A DNA stretch of 64,000 bases from a virus, in IMG/VR virus record IMGVR_UViG_3300045988_175441, positions 9,959 to 73,958 of that record. One strand, given 5' to 3'. The position numbers were made by a program, and so were the translations under genes. Within the stretch, counting starts at the first letter, position 1. Each line of letters starts with the position of its first letter. The notes beneath the pieces were generated by a model that saw only the letters and a list, made by a program, of their open reading frames with translations, did not search any database and had not been told where the DNA came from. Below are positions 45,462 through 54,708 of this stretch, piece by piece.

Positions 45462-45674
45462 ATGAGAGAAACGATTGAAGCTTTTTTGGAAGAAACCAAA
45501 AATCTTTCTGACGATACCTTGCTTGGAGAAAGAATCGGAACGGAATTTTATTGGAAGTACGGTAGAGCGACAAAATGCTTTTGGAGTTGGTATTTTGATA
45601 GCGATTGTGTAGTGACTATGAAACACCTACGCTATCTTGCTAACTTGGAATTGAAGCTTCTAGACAAAGAATAA
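45462..45674 (+). CDS. Hypothetical protein, 70 aa
   Basis: ORF 2 nt after the preceding stop. Confidence 0.5.
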   Translation: MRETIEAFLEETKNLSDDTLLGERIGTEFYWKYGRATKCFWSWYFDSDCVVTMKHLRYLANLELKLLDKE

Positions 45675-45777
45675 ATAGATAACTCCCAGAGGAGCAGTTC
45701 CTTTGGGGTTTATTTTTAGACAACACGAAAAAATAATACATGAGTACAAAAAAATAATCAAAAAATCATAAAAAGTG

Positions 45778-45805
45778 TTGACAAAAGATAAAAAGAGTGT
45801 ATAAT
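45778..45805 (+). promoter_or_regulatory. Reiterated promoter cassette P3
   Basis: TTGACA-N16-TATAAT within GAGTGTATAATATAAATATAAAA. Boxes at 45723-45738 and 45745-45759. Confidence 0.7.
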
Positions 45806-45842
45806 ATAAATATAAAAACAATAGTTCATTAAGGAGAACAGA

Positions 45843-46175
45843 ATGATTAAATCAGTAAAACGATACATTAAGCGTAACCCCTACCAAGCAGGGCTTATCG
45901 CTTATAACTTAGGGGTGTTTGCATGGTTACAGACAAATGCACATATTTTGCTTATAAAAAACAATGTAACAATACCACCTTTTTTACAGGCTTATAGCGA
46001 AGAAACACTACGTTTTATCAGTACCTACACGCCTCTTTCATGGCTTGTTGGCTCAATGTTTTTAGCTTGGGCGTTTAAAGCTGTAGGAACGGTTGTAAAA
46101 TGGATCATCACTATTGCCCTTATCTTTGTAGCTTACTACTTGTTGAAAAACTACAGAATTGCTATCTTTGGCTAG
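45843..46175 (+). CDS. Small membrane protein, 110 aa
   Basis: AAGGAG SD. About 3 hydrophobic helices. Confidence 0.6.
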   Translation: MIKSVKRYIKRNPYQAGLIAYNLGVFAWLQTNAHILLIKNNVTIPPFLQAYSEETLRFISTYTPLSWLVGSMFLAWAFKAVGTVVKWIITIALIFVAYYLLKNYRIAIFG

Positions 46176-46483
46176 AAAGAGAAAAATGGCAATGTTTCAA
46201 CGCTTTGGAACATTACTTAAATCAACAAGGAATTGACCTTGATAGTGTAGCAGATGATGAAATTGAAATGGACGATTCAGCAAGAATCTATGTTTTCTTA
46301 GAAGCAAATATAGAAGGAGTTGAAATCGTTAAGGAGAACATGAGGTATTTTGTTCCACTACTAGAATATAATGGGGAAGTTGATTATTTTCTCCAATGGA
46401 TTGAATCAAGGTTCAGTTTTGATAAGTTCACTTGGAAAGATAAAGAGTATTATATCCTCATTGAGAAGGAAGATGACAAATGA
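46100..46483 (+). CDS. Hypothetical acidic protein (start uncertain)
   Basis: The only in-frame ATG overlaps the previous gene by 76 nt. Confidence 0.45.
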   Translation: MDHHYCPYLCSLLLVEKLQNCYLWLEREKWQCFNALEHYLNQQGIDLDSVADDEIEMDDSARIYVFLEANIEGVEIVKENMRYFVPLLEYNGEVDYFLQWIESRFSFDKFTWKDKEYYILIEKEDDK

Positions 46484-47010
46484 ATATTAGAAAGTTTAAT
46501 AAAAAGTTCAAGTTGAAAGTGATAGATGTTGCAGGAGACTTTTTTGGGAAAAAGCATTATTACCACTTTGACACTTGGGAAGAAGTCCAGTTCTTTCTTC
46601 CCTTTGGTTATACAGAAGGCAAAAGGCAGATTGAAGTCACAGAGACAACGGTTGCTCCTGACGGTATGCAGACCTTTAGCAAAACCAAGGTCAAAACCTA
46701 TGATATAGGCGAGCTGACCTTCATAGAGCAAGTAAATAATGTCCTTGGGCTGTTTGGGGAAGAACTAGTCATATCAGACAACACGGAGCAGTTTGGGGTT
46801 TTGCTGATTGACCTTCCTTCCAAGCTCATGAAGTACACTTATGTTGCTAAGAGGATTATTGTGGGGCATACCTACTACTCAGCCCTTAGTTGTGATGATA
46901 TTACCTTTATTGCAGAAGAAGGTAGTAGAGCTGTATTCACTCAGGAAGAAGTGGAGAATGATCCAATCCTTAGACGGTATTATTTCAAAGAGTTAAAGGG
47001 TATTGACTGA
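46480..47010 (+). CDS. Hypothetical protein, 176 aa
   Basis: ATGA overlap with the upstream gene. Confidence 0.6.
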   Translation: MNIRKFNKKFKLKVIDVAGDFFGKKHYYHFDTWEEVQFFLPFGYTEGKRQIEVTETTVAPDGMQTFSKTKVKTYDIGELTFIEQVNNVLGLFGEELVISDNTEQFGVLLIDLPSKLMKYTYVAKRIIVGHTYYSALSCDDITFIAEEGSRAVFTQEEVENDPILRRYYFKELKGID

Positions 47011-47465
47011 TGAAGGATTTTGATTGGGTTATTGGAAAACAAGTAGGGGAGCTGACTATACTTAGTTATACACCCCCTTTAAAAGAGCTACGACACCAAA
47101 GAAACTGTACTTGTCTATGCAGTTGTGGAAAGCAGGTCGAAAAAAGGTTAAGTCGTGTTTTAGGAGAAGAAGTGAAGTCTTGTGGGCATTTACGTTCACA
47201 GGCAGGTAAGGACTTTTCAATCAACCTAGATCAGAATAAGGCTTACGAAGCAAGAACAAGTAAAGACAAGGCTATGTCGAACTCACAGACAGGGATAAGG
47301 AATATATCAAAGTCAAAAAATGGAGACGGATATAGGGTATATCTCAGAAGGCATGGCAAACATTATCGTAAGAGAGCCAAAACCCTTTCAGAAGCTCTAC
47401 TAGTCAAGAAAGAATTGATTAAACAAGCTGAGAGGGATTTTGGCGAGGTCATCTATAAAGACTAG
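47010..47465 (+). CDS. AP2-like DNA-binding domain protein with N-terminal Cys cluster
   Basis: CTCLCSCGKQV...SCGH, followed by TGIRNISKSKNGDGYRVYLRRHGKHYRKRAKTLSEAL (AP2/integrase-type pattern). Confidence 0.5.
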   Translation: MKDFDWVIGKQVGELTILSYTPPLKELRHQRNCTCLCSCGKQVEKRLSRVLGEEVKSCGHLRSQAGKDFSINLDQNKAYEARTSKDKAMSNSQTGIRNISKSKNGDGYRVYLRRHGKHYRKRAKTLSEALLVKKELIKQAERDFGEVIYKD

Positions 47466-47481
47466 AACAGAATAAAGAGAA

Positions 47482-47509
47482 AGTCCTACAAAAAGTTAGG
47501 ACTTTTTTA
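47482..47509 (+). terminator. Rho-independent terminator
   Basis: AGTCCTA/TAGGACT stem followed by T6. Confidence 0.75.
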
Positions 47510-47529
47510 TTAAAAAAAGATAAAAAGTG

Positions 47530-47558
47530 TTGACAAAGTATAGAAACAAGTGTATAAT
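47530..47558 (+). promoter_or_regulatory. Reiterated promoter cassette P4
   Basis: TTGACA-N17-TATAAT within AAGTGTATAATATAAGCATAAAT. Leader of about 100 nt before ssb. Confidence 0.7.
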
Positions 47559-47662
47559 ATAAGCATAAATAAATTAAGGAAAAAACCTTTCTTGAAAATA
47601 TCTTTATGGTTTTTGGCAGAAGTGCGAAAGCAAAAATGATAAAAAATAAAGGAGAATAAACT

Positions 47663-48130
47663 ATGGCAATCAATAGTGTAGTCCTAGTAGGACGTATGAC
47701 AAAGGACGCAGAATTGCGTTATACACCTTCCAATGTGGCAGTCGCTACATTTACTCTTGCAGTAAATCGTCCATTTAAGAACCAAAATGGCGATCGTGAA
47801 GCTGACTTTATCAATGTGGTTATGTGGCGACAAAGTGCTGAAAACCTTGCAAATTGGGCTAAAAAAGGAGCGCTTATCGGTATTGAAGGGCGTATTCAAA
47901 CACGCAACTATGACAATCAACAAGGTCAACGTGTTTATATAACAGAAGTTCTAGCTGAGAGTTTTTCTCTTTTAGAAAGTCGCTCAGTTCGTGAAGGACA
48001 AGGACAAGGTGGATATTCTGCACCAAGCAACCAAGCGTCAACGCAACCTACACCTGACTTTTCAAGACAAGAAAATCCTTTCGGACAAACAAATCCAATG
48101 GATATTTCAGATGATGATTTACCATTTTAA
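47663..48130 (+). CDS. ssb: Single-stranded DNA-binding protein
   Basis: OB-fold N-terminus [21 protein letters not shown], a Gly/Gln-rich linker, and the acidic tip DISDDDLPF. Confidence 0.95.
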   Translation: MAINSVVLVGRMTKDAELRYTPSNVAVATFTLAVNRPFKNQNGDREADFINVVMWRQSAENLANWAKKGALIGIEGRIQTRNYDNQQGQRVYITEVLAESFSLLESRSVREGQGQGGYSAPSNQASTQPTPDFSRQENPFGQTNPMDISDDDLPF

Positions 48131-48203
48131 TTAAGCGAAAACCCTTGACTTCAAACAGTTCAAGGGCTTTCCTTTAGAGTATTTTAGGGGGCATTATGAA
48201 ACT

Positions 48204-49031
48204 ATGAAACTACGGTATGCTATCTGGGAACGATTAAAAAAGGCAAAAGAGGAGAAGGGGCTGACCTATCGTGAGTTATCAGAACGGACAGGTATCAGTC
48301 AGACAGCTCTTACAACTTTATTCTCAGTAAAACCAAACTGTACGGTTGGAAGAATTATCAAGTTATGCAAGGCTTTAAACAGAGACTTGTCCTATGCGTT
48401 CGGAGAAGATACAGGAAAAGTTCTTGTCTATCCAGAAACAGAAAGAGAAGCGATCAACAATTTTTGGAAGCAGATTGATTCTTACTACTTGAACCCTAAC
48501 GGACGCAAACATTACTCACGGAAGAAAGTCTATCGGTCAATGGGTAAGGCTTATTACAGGGCAGTAGGAGAAGATAATATCCATCTATCGCTTGACGTGG
48601 TGGAAAAATTCTCTAATCACTTGAAGATAAGTCCTTTGAACCTTATCTCAAAAACCTATAGCTTGGGTGGACGCTTGCACTTTAGGAAGCAAAACAGCCT
48701 AGTCTATCTACACTTACAGGACGGAAAGACAGATGTAGCAACCTATATGATTGATGGCGACAATTCACGCTATAAAGTCGAAGATTGGCTCATGGGTATG
48801 CTTGCAGGAACAGGTGGACGAGTGCTGACCTTGACGGATATTAACGACAAGCAAAGTCAAGTTTGCCTAGAGTGGGGCGACAGTCTTATTCTACGCCTAG
48901 AAAAAAACGGTCAGGAGCTTTATTCTTACAAGTCAGAAAAAGACAAGGCAAATGAACTACTAACAAAAATAAGCAGGAAGGAAAAAGGTTACGATTCATA
49001 CTTGAACCTTTTAGAAGAAAAAGAAATATGA
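48204..49031 (+). CDS. XRE-family HTH protein with an unknown 200-aa C-terminal domain
   Basis: LKKAKEEKGLTYRELSERTGISQTALTTLFS. Confidence 0.6.
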   Translation: MKLRYAIWERLKKAKEEKGLTYRELSERTGISQTALTTLFSVKPNCTVGRIIKLCKALNRDLSYAFGEDTGKVLVYPETEREAINNFWKQIDSYYLNPNGRKHYSRKKVYRSMGKAYYRAVGEDNIHLSLDVVEKFSNHLKISPLNLISKTYSLGGRLHFRKQNSLVYLHLQDGKTDVATYMIDGDNSRYKVEDWLMGMLAGTGGRVLTLTDINDKQSQVCLEWGDSLILRLEKNGQELYSYKSEKDKANELLTKISRKEKGYDSYLNLLEEKEI

Positions 49032-49201
49032 AAGAAGAAAATAGCAAGCTAGTATTTGCTATCATTGTGCTTGCGTCTCTACTACTTTCTGTTTATCTAT
49101 CTGCTGTTGTGGTAGCTGTTGTAAAAGATGTATCAATTACAACAGTTATCCATAATTGGCAGTCAGGAGCGCTTGATTTTTTGAAAAGCCTGATTGAGTA
49201 G
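49028..49201 (+). CDS. Small membrane protein, 57 aa
   Basis: ATGA overlap with the preceding stop. Contains LVFAIIVLASLLLSVYLSAVVVAVV. Below the ORF-track cutoff. Confidence 0.45.
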   Translation: MKEENSKLVFAIIVLASLLLSVYLSAVVVAVVKDVSITTVIHNWQSGALDFLKSLIE

Positions 49202-49217
49202 AAAGGAAAAAATATTT

Positions 49218-50723
49218 ATGTTTATAGTATATTTACTTGCTGTAGCCTTCTTAGTGGGTTTATTTGCAATCCTTGGTTACTGGGGTTCACAGATTGATAG
49301 GGGCAATTTAGAAAAAGAAATCATGTATCGTCAAAGGGCGTTAGGTAAACCTATTTTTGACGATATAGACTTTGAGAAGTACGGTTCAATCAAAGAGCTT
49401 ATACGACTGAACGAGGAGCTAAAAGTCCTACAAAGAATGCAGAAGGCTAGAGAAGGAAGTTTAGCATGGTATGAAGGCGTAGTTCCAGTTAGTGGGGAAG
49501 TGACGCAGAAACAAGGCTTTGAGTATATAGAGTTTGAAGAACAACAGGAAGCCCTTATCCCTCTTAATTGGGATTTATCCATCGTGGGGCAAGGAAAAGT
49601 TGACGTTGATAGAAAGAAACGTGACAGACGTATTCAGGAAGTTGAAAGGCTTGAAGAAAAGGTTGACAGTTACTTTAAAAATTGTTTTGGAAGAAATGTG
49701 ATCGCATTATTCAATACTAAAATAACTTGGAGTGGAGCTGAGTTCTTTATTAGAATAGCGCTTAAATATGGTTATGTAGAAACATACGCCTTGAAAGCTA
49801 TAAAAATTGACTTAGAAAGCATTTTTCATACTAACTCCTTAGAAGTGACAGAGTATGGGAATATTATCCGTATTGCTTTTAATACAAGTGAGATTGAGTT
49901 CCCAACAACTCACTATATGTTCTCAAAATTTGCAAGCGAAGGTGTACCTAAGACACCCCTAACAATTATGGCAGGGATTGATAAAGAAGGTAGAGTAAGG
50001 CAGTATGACCTTGCTATGGCAGGTGGAGTTCTGGTATGTGGTGGAGTTGGAAGTGGCAAAAGCAACTTTGTAAGACTAGCTCTTTCCTCAATCATGCTAC
50101 ACAGTACGCCAGATGAAGCTAAGTTTGTAGTTTATAGCCCTGCTGTTGATGTGGAGTTCCACTACCTCAAAGGAAGTCCGTATCTTTACAAGGATATACT
50201 ATGCAAAGAAGAAGAAACACTTAATGTCCTAGCAGAGCTGAAAAATGAGATTGACCGTAGATGGAAGATGTTTTCAGAACGTGCAGTCTATAGCGTTAGT
50301 GAATTTAACTCTATTGCTGATGAAAAAGAGAAATTGCCTTATCTGTTAGTTGTACTAAATGAAGCTGAGAGCTTGCTGTATCATAAGTATGATGAAGTGA
50401 TTGAACTATTGGTATCTTTGACAACTAGAGGACGATCTACAGGAGTTATTCTTTTAGAAACAACACATAACGCTAGAGCAGATATTGTTCCACAACGTCT
50501 GAAAGCCAATTTACCGTGTGTGATCGCTTATAGTCTAGGCAATTCTGTTGATAGCTTGATTGCTATTGGAACAGAAGGAGCAGGACGCTTACTAGTGTCA
50601 GAGTGCTTGATAAAATGGATTGATAGCCCAGAGCCTACTAAGATTAAAACCCCTTATATCAGCGATACAGAAATAGCTAAGATGGTTGAATCCACTAGTA
50701 AGAAGTTTAAGAAGTTTTCGTAA
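49218..50723 (+). CDS. Second FtsK/SpoIIIE-family ATPase (TcpB-like), membrane-anchored, with Asn in the Walker B motif
   Basis: TM MFIVYLLAVAFLVGLFAILGYW. Walker A CGGVGSGKSNF. Walker B region LLVVLNEAESL, with N where FtsK-like proteins have D. Confidence 0.75.
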   Translation: MFIVYLLAVAFLVGLFAILGYWGSQIDRGNLEKEIMYRQRALGKPIFDDIDFEKYGSIKELIRLNEELKVLQRMQKAREGSLAWYEGVVPVSGEVTQKQGFEYIEFEEQQEALIPLNWDLSIVGQGKVDVDRKKRDRRIQEVERLEEKVDSYFKNCFGRNVIALFNTKITWSGAEFFIRIALKYGYVETYALKAIKIDLESIFHTNSLEVTEYGNIIRIAFNTSEIEFPTTHYMFSKFASEGVPKTPLTIMAGIDKEGRVRQYDLAMAGGVLVCGGVGSGKSNFVRLALSSIMLHSTPDEAKFVVYSPAVDVEFHYLKGSPYLYKDILCKEEETLNVLAELKNEIDRRWKMFSERAVYSVSEFNSIADEKEKLPYLLVVLNEAESLLYHKYDEVIELLVSLTTRGRSTGVILLETTHNARADIVPQRLKANLPCVIAYSLGNSVDSLIAIGTEGAGRLLVSECLIKWIDSPEPTKIKTPYISDTEIAKMVESTSKKFKKFS

Positions 50724-50737
50724 AAAGACAAAATAAA

Positions 50738-50765
50738 AGCCCCTGATTAGTCGTAGGGCTTTTTG
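50738..50765 (+). terminator. Rho-independent terminator
   Basis: AGCCCCT..AGGGCT stem followed by TTTTT. Confidence 0.65.
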
Positions 50766-50890
50766 TATGAGAAAACTAAAATCAAACCCCCTCTTACGAG
50801 GGGTGGAGAACTTATAAGAAAGTTCAAAGAATAGTACGAAGCTATTATAACACTAACAAGCAACTCCTGACAAGTTTTTTCGGAAAATAG

Positions 50891-50919
50891 TTGACAGGAG
50901 GTATAAAAGGGTGTATAAT
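50891..50919 (+). promoter_or_regulatory. Reiterated promoter cassette P5
   Basis: TTGACA-N17-TATAAT within GGGTGTATAATATAAACATAATT. Confidence 0.7.
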
Positions 50920-50954
50920 ATAAACATAATTAAAAAAAGAAAGCAGGATTTAAA

Positions 50955-51122
50955 ATGCGTACAACAATATGCTATGCAACCATGATTAAGGACGGAAAAC
51001 CATTCATCTACGAGCTTGAACGTGAGGACTACTCCTTGTTTGACTTTGACAAGGAATTTCAAAAGATTGCTAAAAATCGTGGTTGGCAGTATGTAGAATG
51101 TGGCACAACACCACTCTTATAG
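50955..51122 (+). CDS. Small acidic protein, 55 aa
   Basis: First ATG after cassette P5. Encodes MRTTICYATMIKDGKPFIYELEREDYSLFDFDKEF.... Weak SD. Below the track cutoff. Confidence 0.35.
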   Translation: MRTTICYATMIKDGKPFIYELEREDYSLFDFDKEFQKIAKNRGWQYVECGTTPLL

Positions 51123-51141
51123 AATGTTCGCAGGGGGAACT

Positions 51142-51897
51142 ATGGAAAAGAAGAAAATCTTTAAACTACTGACCGTAGCAACAGCAATGTTGCTATTAGT
51201 TGGTTGTAAGGACGTTCAGAAGATTGCTGACAAGAAAGACAGTCAGACAACAGAAGTAGCGCAGGTAGAACAGGGAGCAGTCCAGACTTGGAGTATTGAT
51301 AAGTACCCTAACTACTACACAGTAGATGGCAAGAGTGGTATCAATCCATCAGACTTTCCAGAAGCAGGTAAAATCCAGTATGGAGAGTTAGACAAGCTAG
51401 GACGTACCACGGAAGCTAAAGGCTCACTAACGTTTAAGAACGTAGAAGGCTCTTACGGAGTGCGCCAGAAGTTTTCTAAGGACGCTGATCCAAGTGGTTG
51501 GGGTGTTCAGGATAAAGTGAAAATCCCTTACTCTAACGGTAAACACTACAAAGGGTTCTTTTGGAATCGTAGTCATCTTATCGGAGACGCTTTAGGTGGA
51601 GACGCTATCCGTCAAAACGTAGTGACAGGAACACGAACTCAAAACGTGGGAGAGGACGCTAAAGGTGGTATGCGTTATAGCGAGATTAAGGCGCAGGAGT
51701 GGTTGGAAGCAAACCATGACGGAACGCTCTACTACGGAGCAAAGCCAGTCTATGAGGGTAACGAGCTAGTGCCAAGGACTGTTATTGTTTCTATGCTATC
51801 GTCAGATGGTACGATTGATGAAAAGGTTATCGTCTTTAATAGCGCTAATGGTTTTGAAATCAACTACGCAGACGGAACTTTTAAGGAGACAAAATAG
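51142..51897 (+). CDS. Secreted lipoprotein DNA/RNA non-specific endonuclease (NucA/DNA-entry-nuclease family)
   Basis: AGGGGG SD before the ATG at 51142. Lipobox LLLVGC. Catalytic-region pattern FFWNRSHLIGDALGGDAIRQNVVTGTRTQNVG. Confidence 0.75.
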   Translation: MEKKKIFKLLTVATAMLLLVGCKDVQKIADKKDSQTTEVAQVEQGAVQTWSIDKYPNYYTVDGKSGINPSDFPEAGKIQYGELDKLGRTTEAKGSLTFKNVEGSYGVRQKFSKDADPSGWGVQDKVKIPYSNGKHYKGFFWNRSHLIGDALGGDAIRQNVVTGTRTQNVGEDAKGGMRYSEIKAQEWLEANHDGTLYYGAKPVYEGNELVPRTVIVSMLSSDGTIDEKVIVFNSANGFEINYADGTFKETK

Positions 51898-51908
51898 CAG
51901 GTGGCGTA

Positions 51909-52154
51909 GTGAAGAAAATATACAAAAAATTAGGTTCGGATTCAGTTGTTGTAAATGCGAAAAAGTTAGTTGTTTTAACTAAACATGGAGAAGAACCTGC
52001 TAGTAAGTATTTTCCAAAATTTAGAATGTATGATGATTTAATCATAATACCCATTGAACCAGAAAGCGAGTTCAAGGAATATCTAAGTAGCTATGTAATA
52101 GATTGGAGTAGAATTTCTAAAGAAGTCCTTTCCATTACAACGTCATGGTGGTAA
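51909..52154 (+). CDS. Hypothetical protein, 81 aa (GTG start), directly downstream of the nuclease
   Basis: AGGTGG SD. No motif recognised. Confidence 0.45.
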   Translation: MKKIYKKLGSDSVVVNAKKLVVLTKHGEEPASKYFPKFRMYDDLIIIPIEPESEFKEYLSSYVIDWSRISKEVLSITTSWW

Positions 52155-52214
52155 AAACATTGGGGAAGTTTAGGAGCAAGTAGCTAGGAGAAAATCCTAG
52201 CTATTTTTTTATTT

Positions 52215-52400
52215 TTCTCCAATCGTTTTAAAGGGCATTTTTAGCCGATATAAGCGATTTTAAGACAAAGGGGTAGAAATAGACCTCGATATAGATAAAG
52301 TGCGAAAATGAGGACGAGAGAGGACAAATAGAGGACGATAGGATATAAAGGAGTGTGTAGAGAGAGAAAAAGGGTTGATTTTGATAAAAATAATCTCAGA
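52215..52400. repeat. Dispersed intergenic repeat, degenerate copy C
   Basis: AGCGATTTTAAGACAAAGGGGTAGAAATAGACC and GGATATAAAGGAG resemble the copies at 59405 and 60075. Confidence 0.35.
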
Positions 52401-52413
52401 AAGCAAAAAAGTC

Positions 52414-52442
52414 TTGACAGTCAAGTAAAAAGAGTGTATAAT
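52414..52442 (+). promoter_or_regulatory. Reiterated promoter cassette P6
   Basis: TTGACA-N17-TATAAT within GAGTGTATAATATAAACATAAAA. Confidence 0.7.
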
Positions 52443-52473
52443 ATAAACATAAAAATAAAAAAGGGGTATCATT

Positions 52474-52847
52474 ATGAACCAAGATGAACGCAACGCAACG
52501 CAAAGAGAGTAGCTGAACTTACCAAGCTACAAGCTATTAAAGAGACAACTGAACGCCTACTTCACTCAGGCGAAGAAAACACTCATACTCTTATCATGGT
52601 TGAGACTACTAGGAAAGGCGAGGAAATCGAAACAATAAGCCGAGTTATGGCTGACGGAGATGTACGTCAAATCTTATTGTCGGTTGGTGGGCTTCTCAAA
52701 ACAGCAAAAAAGATGATGAATAGCTTTCCTGATGACTTTATTGAGGATGCAAAGGAAACAAGAAAAGAAGAACTGCTTAATCTTTTTCTGCAATCGGCTG
52801 AAATCGGCTCACAGTTGATGGAGTGGTGTGAAATCGGAGATATGTAA
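52474..52847 (+). pseudogene. Small gene interrupted by a frameshift at an (AACGC)3 repeat
   Basis: The SD-equipped ATG at 52474 (AAGGGG, 7 nt upstream) gives only 12 codons. The 83-aa ORF starting at 52596 has no SD and is open back to 52488 in the +2 frame. Removing one 5-nt unit fuses the two. Confidence 0.45.
52487..52503 (+). repeat. Pentanucleotide repeat (AACGC) x3.4
   Basis: AACGCAACGCAACGCAA. Confidence 0.8.
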
Positions 52848-52859
52848 AGAGGTTCAGAT

Positions 52860-53198
52860 ATGATAGTAAAAGATTATAAGAACAATGGGGAAAGCATTAC
52901 ATACAAGCTAGACTATGATATTTTTAGTGTGAACGTTGAACATAAAAAAACTAGTGAAGGAGTTAATGTAACTGACCTGACAGACTTGTTCGATTGGCTA
53001 GATGAACAAGAAGTAAGCGTACTGCCATTAAAATATTTTTTGTGTTTCCAAGATAGTCTGTTACTAGCAGGCGACACATTAGATTTTGCAATGAGCGAAC
53101 GCAAAATGACGCAAAAAGGAATTGAAGAACTAGCTGATAAATTATTTGATAAGAATATATCAGAACGTTTAGAATCAATTTGTGGAAGGAAGGAGTAA
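52860..53198 (+). CDS. Hypothetical acidic protein, 112 aa
   Basis: ORF in the operon. Confidence 0.55.
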   Translation: MIVKDYKNNGESITYKLDYDIFSVNVEHKKTSEGVNVTDLTDLFDWLDEQEVSVLPLKYFLCFQDSLLLAGDTLDFAMSERKMTQKGIEELADKLFDKNISERLESICGRKE

Positions 53199-53207
53199 AA
53201 GAGAAGA

Positions 53208-53996
53208 ATGCGAAAAATCATAATGATTACAATAAATATCATTGCATTGGTCTTGATGTCAAGTGATGATGTGAAACATAGAGTTGTAGGGGTATCTATT
53301 ATAATTTTCTGTTATTTGTTCCTTCTGCTTAATTACACGCTTCCTAATAGAAATTATGAAAACTATAGCGTAAAAAGAATTGAAGCGCCTATATTAAGTG
53401 CAAGAAAACAGTTTAAAGTCAAAAAGATTGCGACCTATAAAGTGAATGAAGGGGTTTTAACAGAGGAAAAATGGGAAGATTTAAAACTTGCGTTAAACTC
53501 CTTTGCATTAGAGTTTTTACATAGAAATTTTCCTGATGTTGAATGGGATAGTCAATTCTATTTAATAAAATATGATGGAAGGTTAGCAGGGGTGTTTGTG
53601 AGCATAGCACTTTATAAAGAACTTATGTTTACAGAAAAGCCTATGTCACCTATTTTGTTAAATGAAACTTTTCTGTATGCTACAATCAAGTTTAATGATT
53701 TTGGGATTATTAAACCAGTAGTGGAACATGAATTAGTACACTATGCACTTTGGAAACAAGGAAAGAAATTTAGAGATCATCAAGAAGATTTTGAAAACAA
53801 ACTTTTAGAGTTGAATATCCCATCAAATAACCCTGAAAATTCAAACGCTTACAGCTTTGGGATAGAACGTATTGAAACAGAGAATGGGATTGAGGACACG
53901 CTATCTTTAATTATACCGCCTAGCAAATTATCTGAAAAAGATTACAAGAACGTCCTAGAAAAATATATAAATAAGTATAACAGCAATGATGAATAG
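53208..53996 (+). CDS. Membrane-anchored HExxH metallopeptidase-like protein (SprT-like motif)
   Basis: Two N-terminal TM helices, and VVEHELVHYALW (HExxH). Confidence 0.5.
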   Translation: MRKIIMITINIIALVLMSSDDVKHRVVGVSIIIFCYLFLLLNYTLPNRNYENYSVKRIEAPILSARKQFKVKKIATYKVNEGVLTEEKWEDLKLALNSFALEFLHRNFPDVEWDSQFYLIKYDGRLAGVFVSIALYKELMFTEKPMSPILLNETFLYATIKFNDFGIIKPVVEHELVHYALWKQGKKFRDHQEDFENKLLELNIPSNNPENSNAYSFGIERIETENGIEDTLSLIIPPSKLSEKDYKNVLEKYINKYNSNDE

Positions 53997-54014
53997 GGGG
54001 AGAATAAATCAAAC

Positions 54015-54692
54015 ATGACAAATTGGTTTGTACGGATAAACCACAGGAAAGACAATAAAGGGGAGTTTTACTCAGAACAAGTAGAACGTAAGCTATATTT
54101 TGACTATGCTACAAAACGTGATGTACTTGATAAAGTGAAAAAAGACTACCCTGAGTATTTCTTTAATAAAGTACCACAGAGAACGGTAGATGGGGAGTTA
54201 TTCTATGTCAATGTCTATGAATTAGATAGCCATTGGGAAGAATTTTGGACTGAAAAAATCCCTTGTCAGTATTGTGGAGAGAATCCAGTCAATAGGATTG
54301 ACCTTAAAAATAATAACTATAGTGGCTATTATTTCTGTTGTTTGGAGCATGAGGAACAGTTCTATGAAAACCGATTGAGGGAAGATGACAGAACTTACCA
54401 GAATAGCAAAGTAGTTGGCTTTATTTACAAGATTACCCATAAACAAACAGGGAAAATATATATTGGAAAGACGGTCAACCACCCTATTTTTAGATGGTTT
54501 CAACATTTTAAAGCGCAGTCAGGTAGTTATTTTCATGAAGCAATGAAAGATAGCAAGATCACAGATTGGACGTATGAGGTTATAGATGTATTGGAAAAAG
54601 GTTTAGAAAAGGACTTACTAGACCTAGAAAGTAAGTATATAGCAGAGTATAACGCAACAGATCGTGATTATGGATATAACACGAAAGATTAG
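54015..54692 (+). CDS. GIY-YIG nuclease-domain protein with an N-terminal Cys-rich domain
   Basis: GFIYKITHKQTGKIYIGKT..RWFQH..E..YI..YN (GIY-YIG order), and CQYCGEN...CCLEHE upstream. Confidence 0.7.
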   Translation: MTNWFVRINHRKDNKGEFYSEQVERKLYFDYATKRDVLDKVKKDYPEYFFNKVPQRTVDGELFYVNVYELDSHWEEFWTEKIPCQYCGENPVNRIDLKNNNYSGYYFCCLEHEEQFYENRLREDDRTYQNSKVVGFIYKITHKQTGKIYIGKTVNHPIFRWFQHFKAQSGSYFHEAMKDSKITDWTYEVIDVLEKGLEKDLLDLESKYIAEYNATDRDYGYNTKD

Positions 54693-54708
54693 AGAAAGGG
54701 GAAATAAG

